Assembly: GCA_964389195.1 (NCBI GenBank)
Contig: CAYMDR010000002.1
Coordinates: 7,521-35,017 of the forward strand
Reading direction: 5' to 3'
DNA from: an uncultured Candidatus Peribacteria bacterium
GTDB lineage: Bacteria > Patescibacteriota > Gracilibacteria > UBA1369
DNA length: 27,497 bases
The notes under the pieces are model-generated. The model had not been told where the DNA came from. It did not search any database and worked only from the letters and a program-made list of their open reading frames with translations. The position numbers were made by a program, and so were the translations under genes. Below are positions 1 to 9,900 of the stretch, one piece after another (the stretch's first letter is position 1; each line of letters opens with the position of its first letter).

Positions 1-34
1 CCATCGTTTCCAGTTTTTGTTTATATTCGTGCAT
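1..34 (-). CDS. 5' fragment of a gene leaving the window (MHEYKQKLETM...)
   Basis: ATG at 34-32 is open to the window edge, with TATAAT (41-46, minus strand) 6 nt upstream. Only 11 codons are visible, so the product cannot be called. Confidence 0.35.
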   Translation of the reverse strand, partial: MHEYKQKLETM

Positions 35-40
35 AACGCC

Positions 41-57
41 ATTATATCATATATAAT
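41..57. promoter_or_regulatory. Back-to-back -10 boxes of a divergent promoter
   Basis: TATAAT on minus (attata 41-46) and on plus (52-57), between divergent start codons at 34 and 79. Confidence 0.5.
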
Positions 58-78
58 CGTCCCGATCTAAGCTTGATT

Positions 79-1629
79 ATGTCCGTCGCTCGTAAAATTC
101 TTTTAAACACCTTTTCCCAAATTGCGGGCAAGGCTGCTATTGCCCTACTCGGCATTGTTTCCATTAAAATTATTACCACCTACCTGGGCAAATGCGGTTA
201 TGGAGAGTATACCGCCGCCTTTGAATTTTTAGCTTTCTTTGCCATCGTAGCCGATATGGGTCTCTTTACTATTGGCATTCGCGAAATGGCAAAAGATGAT
301 CAAAAAATCCCTATTATTATAGGCAATATTTTAACGATTCGCACCTTTCTTTCGGTGGTTGTTGTCAGTATAGCGGTGATAACAGCTTTTATTCTGCCGC
401 AATATGAAGGGTCAAAAATCCCTCTTGCTGTAGGCATAGTAGGCCTTGGTGCTATTCTTAATATTCTTACTTCAACCGTTTCTACCGTGCTGCAAGTACA
501 TTTAAAGATGCAGTATAACTCGCTCGCTTCGGTTATAGGTAAAATCTTTACGGTGGGTTACATGGCTTTTATTATTTATGTATTGCATCCCGGGAATTAC
601 GATAGCGGTTTTTATCAGCTTATTTGGGCAGGTATTTTTGGTAACAGTACCATGCTTGGCGTAACCTTTTATTATTCCTCCAAACTCACCCATATTCGTT
701 ACCGTTTTGATAAAGCTTTTCTCAAAGATGTCATCATCAAGGCTCTTCCGTATGGCATTGCATTAGTGCTCAACACGCTCTATTTCCGCATCGGGTCAGT
801 ATTATTATCCCTTATTGGTAGCAAAACACAGGTCATAAATGAATGCGGCGAAGCTTCCAATTATGGCGAAGTGGCCATTTATGGTGTACCTATGCGCATG
901 TTAGAGGCGGTCGGTATTATTCCCGTATATTTTATGAACGCGGTTTTACCCGTCCTGACCAAAGCTTTAAATGCCAAAAATGGTAGCCATAAAAGAATTA
1001 TCCAATACGCCTTTGACTTCTTAGTCATGGGAAGTTTACCGATTGTGGCAGGAACGCTCGTTTTAGCTTATCCACTCATAGCCGTGGTAAGTACCCCTGA
1101 ATTTTTAAGTAATCTTTCCAAAGGTTTTTATGGTGCCGACATTGTCCTACAAATTTTAATTTTTGCTTCCGCCTTTTCCTTTATTAACAGTTTATTTGGT
1201 TTCTTATTGGTGGCCGATAATCGTCAAATGAGCCTTTTAAAACGCAATGCCATTGGCGCTATTCTTACCATCGGTGCCGATCTTATCTTAATTCCACATT
1301 TCGGCGCACGCGGTGCAGCTATTACCAATGTCATTACCGAAGGCTATGTTATGGTCGCCTCTTACCTCATCGCCAAACATTACATTAATTTCCAAATAAA
1401 CCTCAAAAGCACCTTCAAAATGGCGCTTTCCTCCATCGTTATGGGCATAGTTATCTTTTTCTTACGCGATCCAACTTTTTACTATTTGCAAAATAAAAAT
1501 ATCATCCTGCTTGTTCCTGTTGGAGCGGTCGTGTATATAGGTATGCTTTTTTTCACTAAAACTCTCAGCAAAGAGATGCTAGGACTGCTCAAAAAACCAT
1601 CTCTTCCTAGCGATATAGAAAGTGTATAA
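79..1629 (+). CDS. Wzx/MATE-like (MOP superfamily) oligosaccharide flippase
   Basis: Many hydrophobic segments. N-terminus KILLNTFSQIAGK...YLGKCGYGEY...ADMGL and GARGAAITNVITE are typical of Polysacc_synt flippases. ATG at 79 preferred over TTG at 73. Confidence 0.85.
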   Translation: MSVARKILLNTFSQIAGKAAIALLGIVSIKIITTYLGKCGYGEYTAAFEFLAFFAIVADMGLFTIGIREMAKDDQKIPIIIGNILTIRTFLSVVVVSIAVITAFILPQYEGSKIPLAVGIVGLGAILNILTSTVSTVLQVHLKMQYNSLASVIGKIFTVGYMAFIIYVLHPGNYDSGFYQLIWAGIFGNSTMLGVTFYYSSKLTHIRYRFDKAFLKDVIIKALPYGIALVLNTLYFRIGSVLLSLIGSKTQVINECGEASNYGEVAIYGVPMRMLEAVGIIPVYFMNAVLPVLTKALNAKNGSHKRIIQYAFDFLVMGSLPIVAGTLVLAYPLIAVVSTPEFLSNLSKGFYGADIVLQILIFASAFSFINSLFGFLLVADNRQMSLLKRNAIGAILTIGADLILIPHFGARGAAITNVITEGYVMVASYLIAKHYINFQINLKSTFKMALSSIVMGIVIFFLRDPTFYYLQNKNIILLVPVGAVVYIGMLFFTKTLSKEMLGLLKKPSLPSDIESV

Positions 1630-1638
1630 TCTAAACGT

Positions 1639-3027
1639 ATGGCACATGCAAAAACATATCAAATCTTTAGCTTTGATAGCTTCGATATCGATCAAGAGCG
1701 GAATCAAATTACTTTTCATTACTCCGTTGATAACACTTTCTTTTTCGATCCCATCATCGAGGTCGATCTAAGTTCTCTTAGGGCGGCTAACCAACATACT
1801 CAGCACCTTATTCATAAGGCGGTTTTTAACTTAGGAATGGCTGAAATCCCAAGTTTTTATAAAGCTTTTTGTACGCCCCATATAAGCATTAAAGCCGGTA
1901 CACTTTTGCCTGAACAAATAAATTTTTGGCAAAATTTATACTGCAAAGGGTTAGGTGAATTTTTCTATCGCAATAATATTGATTTTAGAAATCTCATCAA
2001 TATCCAGGTAGATAGCCGCAGTGAAGCACCGCTCCAGCCTCAAGCGCCAGCGGCGCTTGTCTCCCTCGAAAAATATCTGGTTCCACTAGGTGGAGGCAAA
2101 GATAGTATCGTTACAGCAGAATTATTAAAAGCCCAAAAAAAAGATTTTACCTGGTTTATGTTAGAGCCCTGGGCGGCTTGCCAAGAAGTAATAGCCGCTT
2201 CCGGCAATGCTAAAGTAGTATCAATGCGCCGTCGCCCCGCATCATATTTTGCTAAAATTATTGAACTCAATAAGCAAGGTTTTTATAACGGCCATGTACC
2301 CATCACCTCCGTTTATATCTTCAGCGCAGTTCTGGCCGCCCAACTTCAGGGTTTTACCCATGTCGCTTTTTCCAATGAACGCAGCGCCAATATCGGCAAT
2401 GTACAATATTTAGAAGAGGAAATTAACCATCAATACTCGAAAAGTTTTGAATTTGAACAGGCTTGCCACAACTATATTCAGCAATACATTACTCCCCAAG
2501 TCTATGTATTTTCCCTTCTTCGCAACCTTTACGAAATTCAAATCGCCCAAAAATTTGTCGACTACCCAAAATATTTCCCCGCCTTTTTAAGCTGCAATAA
2601 AGGCTTAAAAGAAGGCAATATTTTCGATTCAGTCGCCGCCACTGCAACAGCGCCAGCTCCGCTCCACGCCAACTGGTGCTGCAAGTGCGCCAAGTGTGCA
2701 TTTGTATATGCCTTAATGAGCGCTTTTCTTGAACCCCAAAAAGTCCAAACCATCTTCGGAAAAAATTTATTTGAAGACACGTCTCTGCTACCACTTTTTG
2801 AAGAGCTTCTCGGCCTTCGCAACATCAAACCCTTCGACTGCGTAGGCATCCCAGAAGAGGTCTGGCTCGCCCTTTATCTGGCTAAAAAACAGCATGAGAA
2901 AGCAGGGGCACCCCTTCCCACTCTCCTAACCAAAATCGACCCAGAAAAAGGCCGCCAGTATCTTCCACTTTTAGAAGCAAAAACTTTGCAGCACCTGATT
3001 CCTAAAAATTTATTAATCGATGTCTAG
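1639..3027 (+). CDS. murL: UDP-MurNAc-L-Ala-L-Glu epimerase (MurL family)
   Basis: PP-loop LGGGKDS, then SNERSA, NHQYSKS, a Cys cluster (SCN...WCCKCAKC) and KPFDCVG. Overlaps a murD-like gene by 8 bp, the known murL-murD2 pairing. Confidence 0.8.
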   Translation: MAHAKTYQIFSFDSFDIDQERNQITFHYSVDNTFFFDPIIEVDLSSLRAANQHTQHLIHKAVFNLGMAEIPSFYKAFCTPHISIKAGTLLPEQINFWQNLYCKGLGEFFYRNNIDFRNLINIQVDSRSEAPLQPQAPAALVSLEKYLVPLGGGKDSIVTAELLKAQKKDFTWFMLEPWAACQEVIAASGNAKVVSMRRRPASYFAKIIELNKQGFYNGHVPITSVYIFSAVLAAQLQGFTHVAFSNERSANIGNVQYLEEEINHQYSKSFEFEQACHNYIQQYITPQVYVFSLLRNLYEIQIAQKFVDYPKYFPAFLSCNKGLKEGNIFDSVAATATAPAPLHANWCCKCAKCAFVYALMSAFLEPQKVQTIFGKNLFEDTSLLPLFEELLGLRNIKPFDCVGIPEEVWLALYLAKKQHEKAGAPLPTLLTKIDPEKGRQYLPLLEAKTLQHLIPKNLLIDV

Positions 3028-4315
3028 AAAAAATCTCCCCCAGATCGCCATCGCCGGTTTTGGCCAAGCCGGCAAAGCGCTGTGCGAATACTTCAAGCAA
3101 ACCCACGAGGTTCATGTTTTCGATGAAGTCGCACCGCAATCCACCTCGTCACGCCAATTCTCCAAAAATCTCACTTTCCACCAAACCCTCACCATTCCTG
3201 GAACTTTTTCCATCGTCTATAAATCCCCCGGCATACCTCTTTCTAAAGTAAAACTCGCTTCATCAAAAACTCGTATCACATCTCTCACTAATCTTTTTTT
3301 TGAAAAAGCCAAAGGCACCATCATCGGCATAACCGGTACCAAAGGCAAAAGTACCGTCAGTAGTCTTATCTACCACATTTTAAAAAATGCCGATAAAGAT
3401 GCCAAACTCATCGGCAACATCGGCGAAACCGGCCTCAAACTTCTTAAAAGTGACCATCCTAAACGTTATTATATTTACGAATTAAGCAGCTACCAATGTG
3501 AGCTCCTCACAGCATCTCCTCATATTGCCGTTATTACTAATCTCTACCAGGATCACCTGCTTCATCACGGCTCCATTAAAAAATACCATCAAGCAAAAGC
3601 CAAAATAACCACCTTCCAAAAAACAAACGATCATCTTTTTATGTCGGCTCAAGCTCAAAAAGTTTTTAAAAATCTTCAAACCAAAGCTCATAAAATAATC
3701 CTCTCCGACGCCCCATCGCAAATTTTTAAAACCAAATTATTAGGCGAACACAACCAATTAAACATCGCCATTGCTTATGAAGTGGCAACACTCCTTAAAA
3801 TTCCCAATAAAAAAATACTTGCCAGCATTGCTTCTTACAAACCACTACCCGGTCGTCTCGAAAAAATCGCCACTATTAAAATGTCCACCACCACCGCCTC
3901 ATTCCGTGCCAAGCCACGCTCTATCACCTTTTACGAGGACGCACTCGCCACTATTCCCGAAGCCACCTGGAGCGCCATCCAGGCACTGCCTCAAATCAAC
4001 ACCATCATTTTAGGTGGCCAAGATCGCGGTATTGATTTTGAAATATTTGCCAAACAACTTGCCACAACTGACATCAAAAACTTCATCATTTTCCCCGATA
4101 CCGGGAAAAAAATGGTAAAGCATCTTAAAGATCGTCAAATTTTTAAGGCCAAAAATATGGAGCAGGCAATTCGTTTAGCCTACCAATACACCCAAGGAAT
4201 CTGCTTACTCTCTACTGCGTCGCCCAGCTTTAACATGTTCAAAAACTACCAAGATCGCAGCGATCAATACCGCTATTGGATTAAAACTTTGAGCCCTCCA
4301 CGCCAGGCACGCTAG
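3020..4315 (+). CDS. murD: MurD-family ligase, probably the L-Glu-adding MurD2
   Basis: IAIAGFGQAG Rossmann start, VYKSPGI, P-loop ITGTKGKST, YELSSYQ, NLYQDHL, LGEHN, LPGRLE, ILGGQDRG, SPSFNMFKNYQDR. L-Glu specificity is inferred from the murL neighbour. Confidence 0.9.
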   Translation: MSRKNLPQIAIAGFGQAGKALCEYFKQTHEVHVFDEVAPQSTSSRQFSKNLTFHQTLTIPGTFSIVYKSPGIPLSKVKLASSKTRITSLTNLFFEKAKGTIIGITGTKGKSTVSSLIYHILKNADKDAKLIGNIGETGLKLLKSDHPKRYYIYELSSYQCELLTASPHIAVITNLYQDHLLHHGSIKKYHQAKAKITTFQKTNDHLFMSAQAQKVFKNLQTKAHKIILSDAPSQIFKTKLLGEHNQLNIAIAYEVATLLKIPNKKILASIASYKPLPGRLEKIATIKMSTTTASFRAKPRSITFYEDALATIPEATWSAIQALPQINTIILGGQDRGIDFEIFAKQLATTDIKNFIIFPDTGKKMVKHLKDRQIFKAKNMEQAIRLAYQYTQGICLLSTASPSFNMFKNYQDRSDQYRYWIKTLSPPRQAR

Positions 4316-4384
4316 AACCCACACGCTACAGCAGAAAGAGTCGGCAGAATTGGCCAGATGGATGCGAATCGATCACAGCGCACC

Positions 4385-4471
4385 TCAGGCATCCACAATC
4401 AAAATAAAACTGGAAAAGGCCAGCATCGCCATGACTATTACCATAAGGGTTACATAAAGTCGTTTTTGCAT
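4385..4471 (-). CDS. Possible 28-aa single-TM peptide MQKRLYVTLMVIVMAMLAFSSFILIVDA
   Basis: Hand translation of the murD-rnj intergenic gap: basic N-terminus followed by a hydrophobic core. Below the ORF-track cutoff. Confidence 0.3.
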   Translation of the reverse strand: MQKRLYVTLMVIVMAMLAFSSFILIVDA

Positions 4472-4600
4472 AAGCTAGAAATAAAAAATATCTTTTAGGC
4501 ACTCATAATAACAGCTTGGCATCCACATTACAAAAAACAAGTACCGCCGTAGATTTTATTAGCTTTTTGGCATAAAGCAGAGTATGATTAAAGGAACTAC

Positions 4601-4631
4601 ATTCATTTGCGCGCGGCGCCGCCGAATGAAT
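4601..4631 (+). promoter_or_regulatory. Stem-loop in the rnj 5' leader
   Basis: ATTCATT (4601-4607) pairs with AATGAAT (4625-4631) around the palindrome GCGGCGCCGC (4613-4622). A -10-like TATGAT lies at 4583-4588. Confidence 0.4.
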
Positions 4632-4677
4632 CTTCCCACCCGGGAAAAATAAATATTACTTAACTTCACCTTAAAAA

Positions 4678-6897
4678 ATGGACGAAGCAAAAAATGGGCA
4701 ACCACAGAAAAACATACCTCCAGAAAATAACAAAGCTGAGAGTAAACTTGATTTATGGATTCGCCAAACCTTACAACTTGGAGGTCAAAAACAGGACACT
4801 AAAACAGTGCATAACCCGGTTCCGCAGGTTCCGGCAATATCTAAAAGTGTGCCTCACCAGGGGCAACAACAGCAGGGATCTAAGCAGCCACAGGGTGGCA
4901 AACAGCAGCATCCTCAAAGAAACCGTTTTCGAGGAGCTCCCCTTCAACGGTCACCTTTTAAGTCGCACCGTCCTAACCATACAGGAAAGGCGCAACCTCA
5001 GAATCCATCCAAGGGCGCCCCACTTACTCAAACTCAAGGTTTTCAAAATGGACAACAGCAAGGCGCAATACAACAGCAGCACAATCAAAAAGCACAACAG
5101 CCTGGCAGAAAATTCGGCTTCTTCTTTGGCAAAGGCTCCCAAAATCACACAACAACTCAGCCACAATCAGTAGTCCCTCACCAGCAAGCTGGTCAACCTC
5201 AACGCTTTCAAGGAAAACTCCGCGCTATTCCTTTTGGTGGACTCGATGAAGTCGGCAAAAACTCCATGGCCCTTGAATACATCGCGCCCGGCTCATCAAC
5301 AAGTGAAATCATCCTGATCGATCTTGGTTTTCAATTCCCTGATGAAGATATGTTGGGCGTAGATTACATCATTCCCGATGTTAGTTATTTGGAAGATAAG
5401 CTTGATCGTATTCGCGGTATCGTATTTACCCACGGCCATTTGGATCATATCGGCGCTGTGCCTTATATCGTTCCTAAATTAAACTTTCCTGCCATGTATG
5501 GAACTAGGCTTACGCTCGGCCTCGTCCAAAAACGCTTGGAAGAGTTTGGCCTTATGGGCAAATCTAAGCTTAACGTTATTACCGAAAAAGACACACTGAA
5601 ATTGGGCCCCTTTGAGGTCAGTTTCTTCGCGGTAAACCATAGCATCCCAGATTCAGTGGGTATCGTCGTAAAAACCCCGGCGGGCAACATTGTCCACACC
5701 GGTGACTTTAAATTCGATCACACACCTTCGGGTAATCAAAAGCCTGCTGACTTTGCCCGCATCGCCAGTTTGGCTAATCAAAATATCGGAGCGCTCTTTA
5801 TCGATTCTACCAATGCTTTAAAACCAGGTCACACCGTAACCGAAAAACGTATCGGTGAATCACTTGAAGCTATTATTAAAAATACCGAAGGTCGTATTCT
5901 TATTGCCTCATTCGCTTCACAAATTGGACGTATGCAGCAAATTATCGATGCCGCCCAAAAACATGGCCGCACCATCTTTTTAAGTGGGCGCAGTTTAGTC
6001 GATAATGTGGCCATGGCTTCCGAAATGGGCTACCTCCGCGTGCCCCAGGGTCTCGTGCATGACCTGCGCAAAGTAAAGAAAATTCCTGATAGCAAAGCGC
6101 TTATTTTAACTACGGGTAGTCAGGGTGAAGATGTAGCGTCGCTTACTCGCATGGCCTTAGAAGAACATCCCGCAGTAAAAATTAAAAAAGGCGATACCGT
6201 TGTGCTCTCTTCATCGCCTATTCCTGGCAATGAGCGTGCGGTGACCAATGTTACCAACAATCTTTGCCGCCTCGGCGCTCGCATTATCAATAATCAGATT
6301 ATGGATGTGCATGCTTCCGGCCACGCCCAACAAGAAGATCTAAAACTCATGATGAGCTTAGTACGGCCAAAATATGTAGTACCCGTCCACGGCGAATACT
6401 ACATGCGTTTCGGCAACAAAGAGCTCGCTCTCTCCCTTGGTTACGATGAAAAACATACCACCCTTATCGAAAACGGCGATGTTATTGAAATCGAAAATAA
6501 CGAAGTTAGCTACAAAGAAGAAAAAGTCCAAAATAATTATATCCTCGTAGATGGCTTAGGTGTTGGCGATATTGGTGCTCAGGTCATCATGGATCGCCAA
6601 ACCCTCGCGGAAAACGGCGTACTCATTGTCATCGTTCCGGTCGACGCGCAAAGCAAAAAATTGAAAGGCGAAGTAAATGTTATCTCCCGGGGCTTTATCT
6701 ACATGAGCCAATCGGAAGAACTCATTAAAGGCATCGCCCAAAACGCGGACGTAGCATACCGCAATATTATTGAAAAACGCGGCGCCGAGGTAAACCGTGC
6801 CGACATTAAAAAATATTTACGTGAGACCTTAGACAAATTCGTTCACCAAAAAATTGAACGCCACCCGCTGGTGATCCCGATTATTTTCGAGAAATAG
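4678..6897 (+). CDS. rnj: Ribonuclease J with a ~178-aa low-complexity N-terminal extension
   Basis: GGLDEVGKN, IDLG, metallo-beta-lactamase THGHLDHIG, NHSIPD, HTGDFK, ASFASQIGR, TGSQGE, HASGH, PVHGE. Confidence 0.95.
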   Translation: MDEAKNGQPQKNIPPENNKAESKLDLWIRQTLQLGGQKQDTKTVHNPVPQVPAISKSVPHQGQQQQGSKQPQGGKQQHPQRNRFRGAPLQRSPFKSHRPNHTGKAQPQNPSKGAPLTQTQGFQNGQQQGAIQQQHNQKAQQPGRKFGFFFGKGSQNHTTTQPQSVVPHQQAGQPQRFQGKLRAIPFGGLDEVGKNSMALEYIAPGSSTSEIILIDLGFQFPDEDMLGVDYIIPDVSYLEDKLDRIRGIVFTHGHLDHIGAVPYIVPKLNFPAMYGTRLTLGLVQKRLEEFGLMGKSKLNVITEKDTLKLGPFEVSFFAVNHSIPDSVGIVVKTPAGNIVHTGDFKFDHTPSGNQKPADFARIASLANQNIGALFIDSTNALKPGHTVTEKRIGESLEAIIKNTEGRILIASFASQIGRMQQIIDAAQKHGRTIFLSGRSLVDNVAMASEMGYLRVPQGLVHDLRKVKKIPDSKALILTTGSQGEDVASLTRMALEEHPAVKIKKGDTVVLSSSPIPGNERAVTNVTNNLCRLGARIINNQIMDVHASGHAQQEDLKLMMSLVRPKYVVPVHGEYYMRFGNKELALSLGYDEKHTTLIENGDVIEIENNEVSYKEEKVQNNYILVDGLGVGDIGAQVIMDRQTLAENGVLIVIVPVDAQSKKLKGEVNVISRGFIYMSQSEELIKGIAQNADVAYRNIIEKRGAEVNRADIKKYLRETLDKFVHQKIERHPLVIPIIFEK

Positions 6898-6932
6898 CTA
6901 GCAATCAGGAATCTAAGTTATAGTATTTAAAG

Positions 6933-6960
6933 TTGACAGAAGTATTAAAAATGCTAATAT
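6933..6960 (+). promoter_or_regulatory. Sigma70-type promoter
   Basis: Perfect TTGACA (6933-6938), 16-nt spacer, TGc-TAATAT extended -10 (6952-6960), upstream of the ATG at 6984. Confidence 0.6.
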
Positions 6961-6983
6961 AGCACCTTTTAATACAATAACTT

Positions 6984-9900
6984 ATGGCACTCCCTACTGG
7001 TACTCAAATGGGCCTTGATGCTGAATCTACAGCTCGTGAAAGGCAAAAAGCTTTAGCCAAAAGCCCCACAGTAGCTCAATTAAGAAAAATCGTAGAGGTT
7101 GCAAATGGGTCAGGTTTTCTTTTAAATTCTGAACTGATTGCAGCAGATGAGAATGATGACATCCTCATGAAAAATTTCCAAGAGGGAGATATGAATACCA
7201 TCCCCTTGATTTTAAAAAGGTTGGATGCCGGAACTATGGAATTAGCAGATGTTGAGGCAGTTTTAACACGCGAAAATATCAGTACTAGTATTGGTTTTTA
7301 TATAGACCTAAGATTAAGTTTAAGTCGTGAAAAAAAGCCTGCAGCCGTGGCGGGTTTGATCCAAAAAATACTACGTTCAAATGTAGCAACCAATCGCGAT
7401 TTATTAGCAGCTGCAACTCTACAAGAGCATCAAAATTTTATCTTAGACGTTATAGTAGCAAAAGGACTCCCCCCTCGTGCCCCTGGAGAAATAGCGCAGT
7501 ATTCAAGCTTACAAAGATTATTACTTTTTCTGGAAAATAGTAGTTTATTAGAAGGAGAGACAGAGCTCGAGGCCATCACAAAGGAAGAGCTCGTGCAAAA
7601 ATTCCAAGCTGACCCCACCAACATTCAGCATCTTTACGCGATTAAAAAAAAGACGGAGGAAGGCGAAATAGATCTCATAGAGTTAATAGAAGTAATACCT
7701 CCGCAAGAAATATCACAAATAATAGCCACGCTTATTCGAAGTATCTTTGAGCGTGTCTCTCAGGCTCCTGATAAAGGTGACCAAAATGCCTTAGCTTTTG
7801 AAATCACCAAAAATTTTGTACCCTCAGGCTTTATAACCTCTCAAGACTTAATAAATGCGGTGCGAGGCAAGGAAGATTTAGGTTTTCAAAAGTTTTTATT
7901 GACGTTTTTTCCTGGATTAGAGGCCAAAGTTAAGACAGTACAGCCTCCCTTCCCAGGTTCGCCGCAAGCTGCCAATGCAGAAGCTACTGACGATGGTCAA
8001 GCACTTGGCGATGATGATATAGAAATTGTAAATGAAAATATCACACTGCCCCTCCTCCACATCTACAAAGCCAATGGAGGTAGACTAACCGCTGGATACC
8101 CTTTAATACCAGGGCAAACTATCACCATAGGCCCTCCACCCAGCAATATAGAAATAAAAGGTCTTACTGAAACTATAACATTAAGGTTTGAAGTTTTAGA
8201 ATTTACTACTCCTGGGATTTCTTTAGCGGGACCTCGAGCTGCTACCGTTCAGACAGCATCTCAATTAGGTCAATTAAGCGGTGCTCAGTCACCAAATATA
8301 GGCCAGCACAGGTTAGGTTCGGCAGGTTTAACCATCGGCAATGGCTGCTTTCGTATTGTCGCTGATGGCGTACCGGATATTATTTTTGAAATAGCAGATC
8401 GTGAAATTCCTCCAGCTAAAATAGGGCCAGTGGTTAGTCATCATATCGCAAATCTTATCCAAAGGCGTTGGGTAGTTTTGGATCGAGAAGGCGCGAATAG
8501 TGCTAATTTAGAGGCATTAGATCAAGATTACCAAAAGGTCGTTCAATATGCGGCCGAAAAAAAACTAACCATCTTAAATGAAGCAGAAAGAGCCATTATT
8601 AGCGACTTAATAAACGAAAGACTTACCGGCCTCCTGCTTGAACGACAAAGATTAGTGGCCGAAAAAAATCCAGCCCTAGGTGTCCAAATGCAAATGGTTA
8701 CTGAACTTATCGAAGAGGTTACATCTTTTGCCAGAAAGAACGGTTTTGCTATACAAGATAAAGCGCAGATAGAAGCTAATAGAAAACAACTTCATCACAT
8801 ATTAACCGCCAGAGCCGCCGCTAGAGGTGATAGAAATGCTTTACGAGAAACCAATAAAGCCATGGCTGCCTATTTATGCAGCGCTCAGCAATGCACAACC
8901 TTCCATTATGAAAGTGGCGAACTTTTAGAACCAGACACATCGCCCGCTTATAAAGGCCACGTGATAATAGTCACCACCCCGGATGGTAAAGAACATATTC
9001 GTCCTTTTGTTTTAGAAACAGATACCATTATGGATCTCTTGGCGGAAGTACATCATGGTGATGCAAATACGGTTGAGCTACAACCGGAGGGGTACAAAGT
9101 AAGCGGTACTGGGGGACAATTCCCCAAAGGAGCCAAAGTTACCTTACAGGTTGGCCAGGAGGTAGTGGTACAAGATACTCATGGTCAAAACTACCGAGTA
9201 AAAATTGAAACCCACGCTTATACCGAACGTGCCTTAGAAACCAGCATAGAAGATCGAGTAAGTGAACTAAGCGAAGTAATTTTTGATAATACCCGCCTTC
9301 CCGATCAACAACATCAAAAAGCATGGGAAAAACTCCAATACCTCGTCAACTCAAACCGTATCACTGCTCTTGCTTGCCTAAGAATAATAGGATCAAGAAT
9401 TAGAGCAGCAGCAGGAGCCATTTCATTATGGAGTGCGGCAGAACCCAACGGCGATGCCCATGTTTTAAGTTTGATCCACGCTCTGCTCAACTATCCAGAT
9501 ACTGCTCAGTTACTTTCCGAACTAAAAACTCTAATAACTCCTGAGCTTATGGCCGCAGCCGTAAGGGATCGCACCATGTCTTACAACGATTTTGACCGTT
9601 TTGCACACCCTAAACTCGAATACCCCATTGCGCCCGTTGAAGGTTGGTCACGTTGGCCAGGAGCCAGAGGTCCAGCAGCAAAAAAAGCTTTTGATGAAAA
9701 AAACACCCAACTGGATCAAGAGGCCGCAGAGGCTCAAAGGCAATACGGTTCAAAAGCCAAAAATGGTGCCATTCAAATAGCCTGCTTTTTAGAAAGCGGC
9801 TTAAGCCAAACAGATGGCCTACGCCCAGAATATCTAGCCCAAATCAAAAAAATCCAAGAACAACGTGCTCAGCTACACGCTATTGATCATGGCCAAAATG

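Noticed and set aside
4694-5173. 159-aa alternative-frame ORF over the rnj N-terminus
   Set aside because: Fully overlaps rnj and has no recognisable features; a likely by-product of CAA/CAG-rich low-complexity sequence.
8450-8830. Possible internal duplication of helical units in the 1373-aa protein
   Set aside because: Similarity is too weak to distinguish from generic amphipathic-helix composition without a profile alignment.
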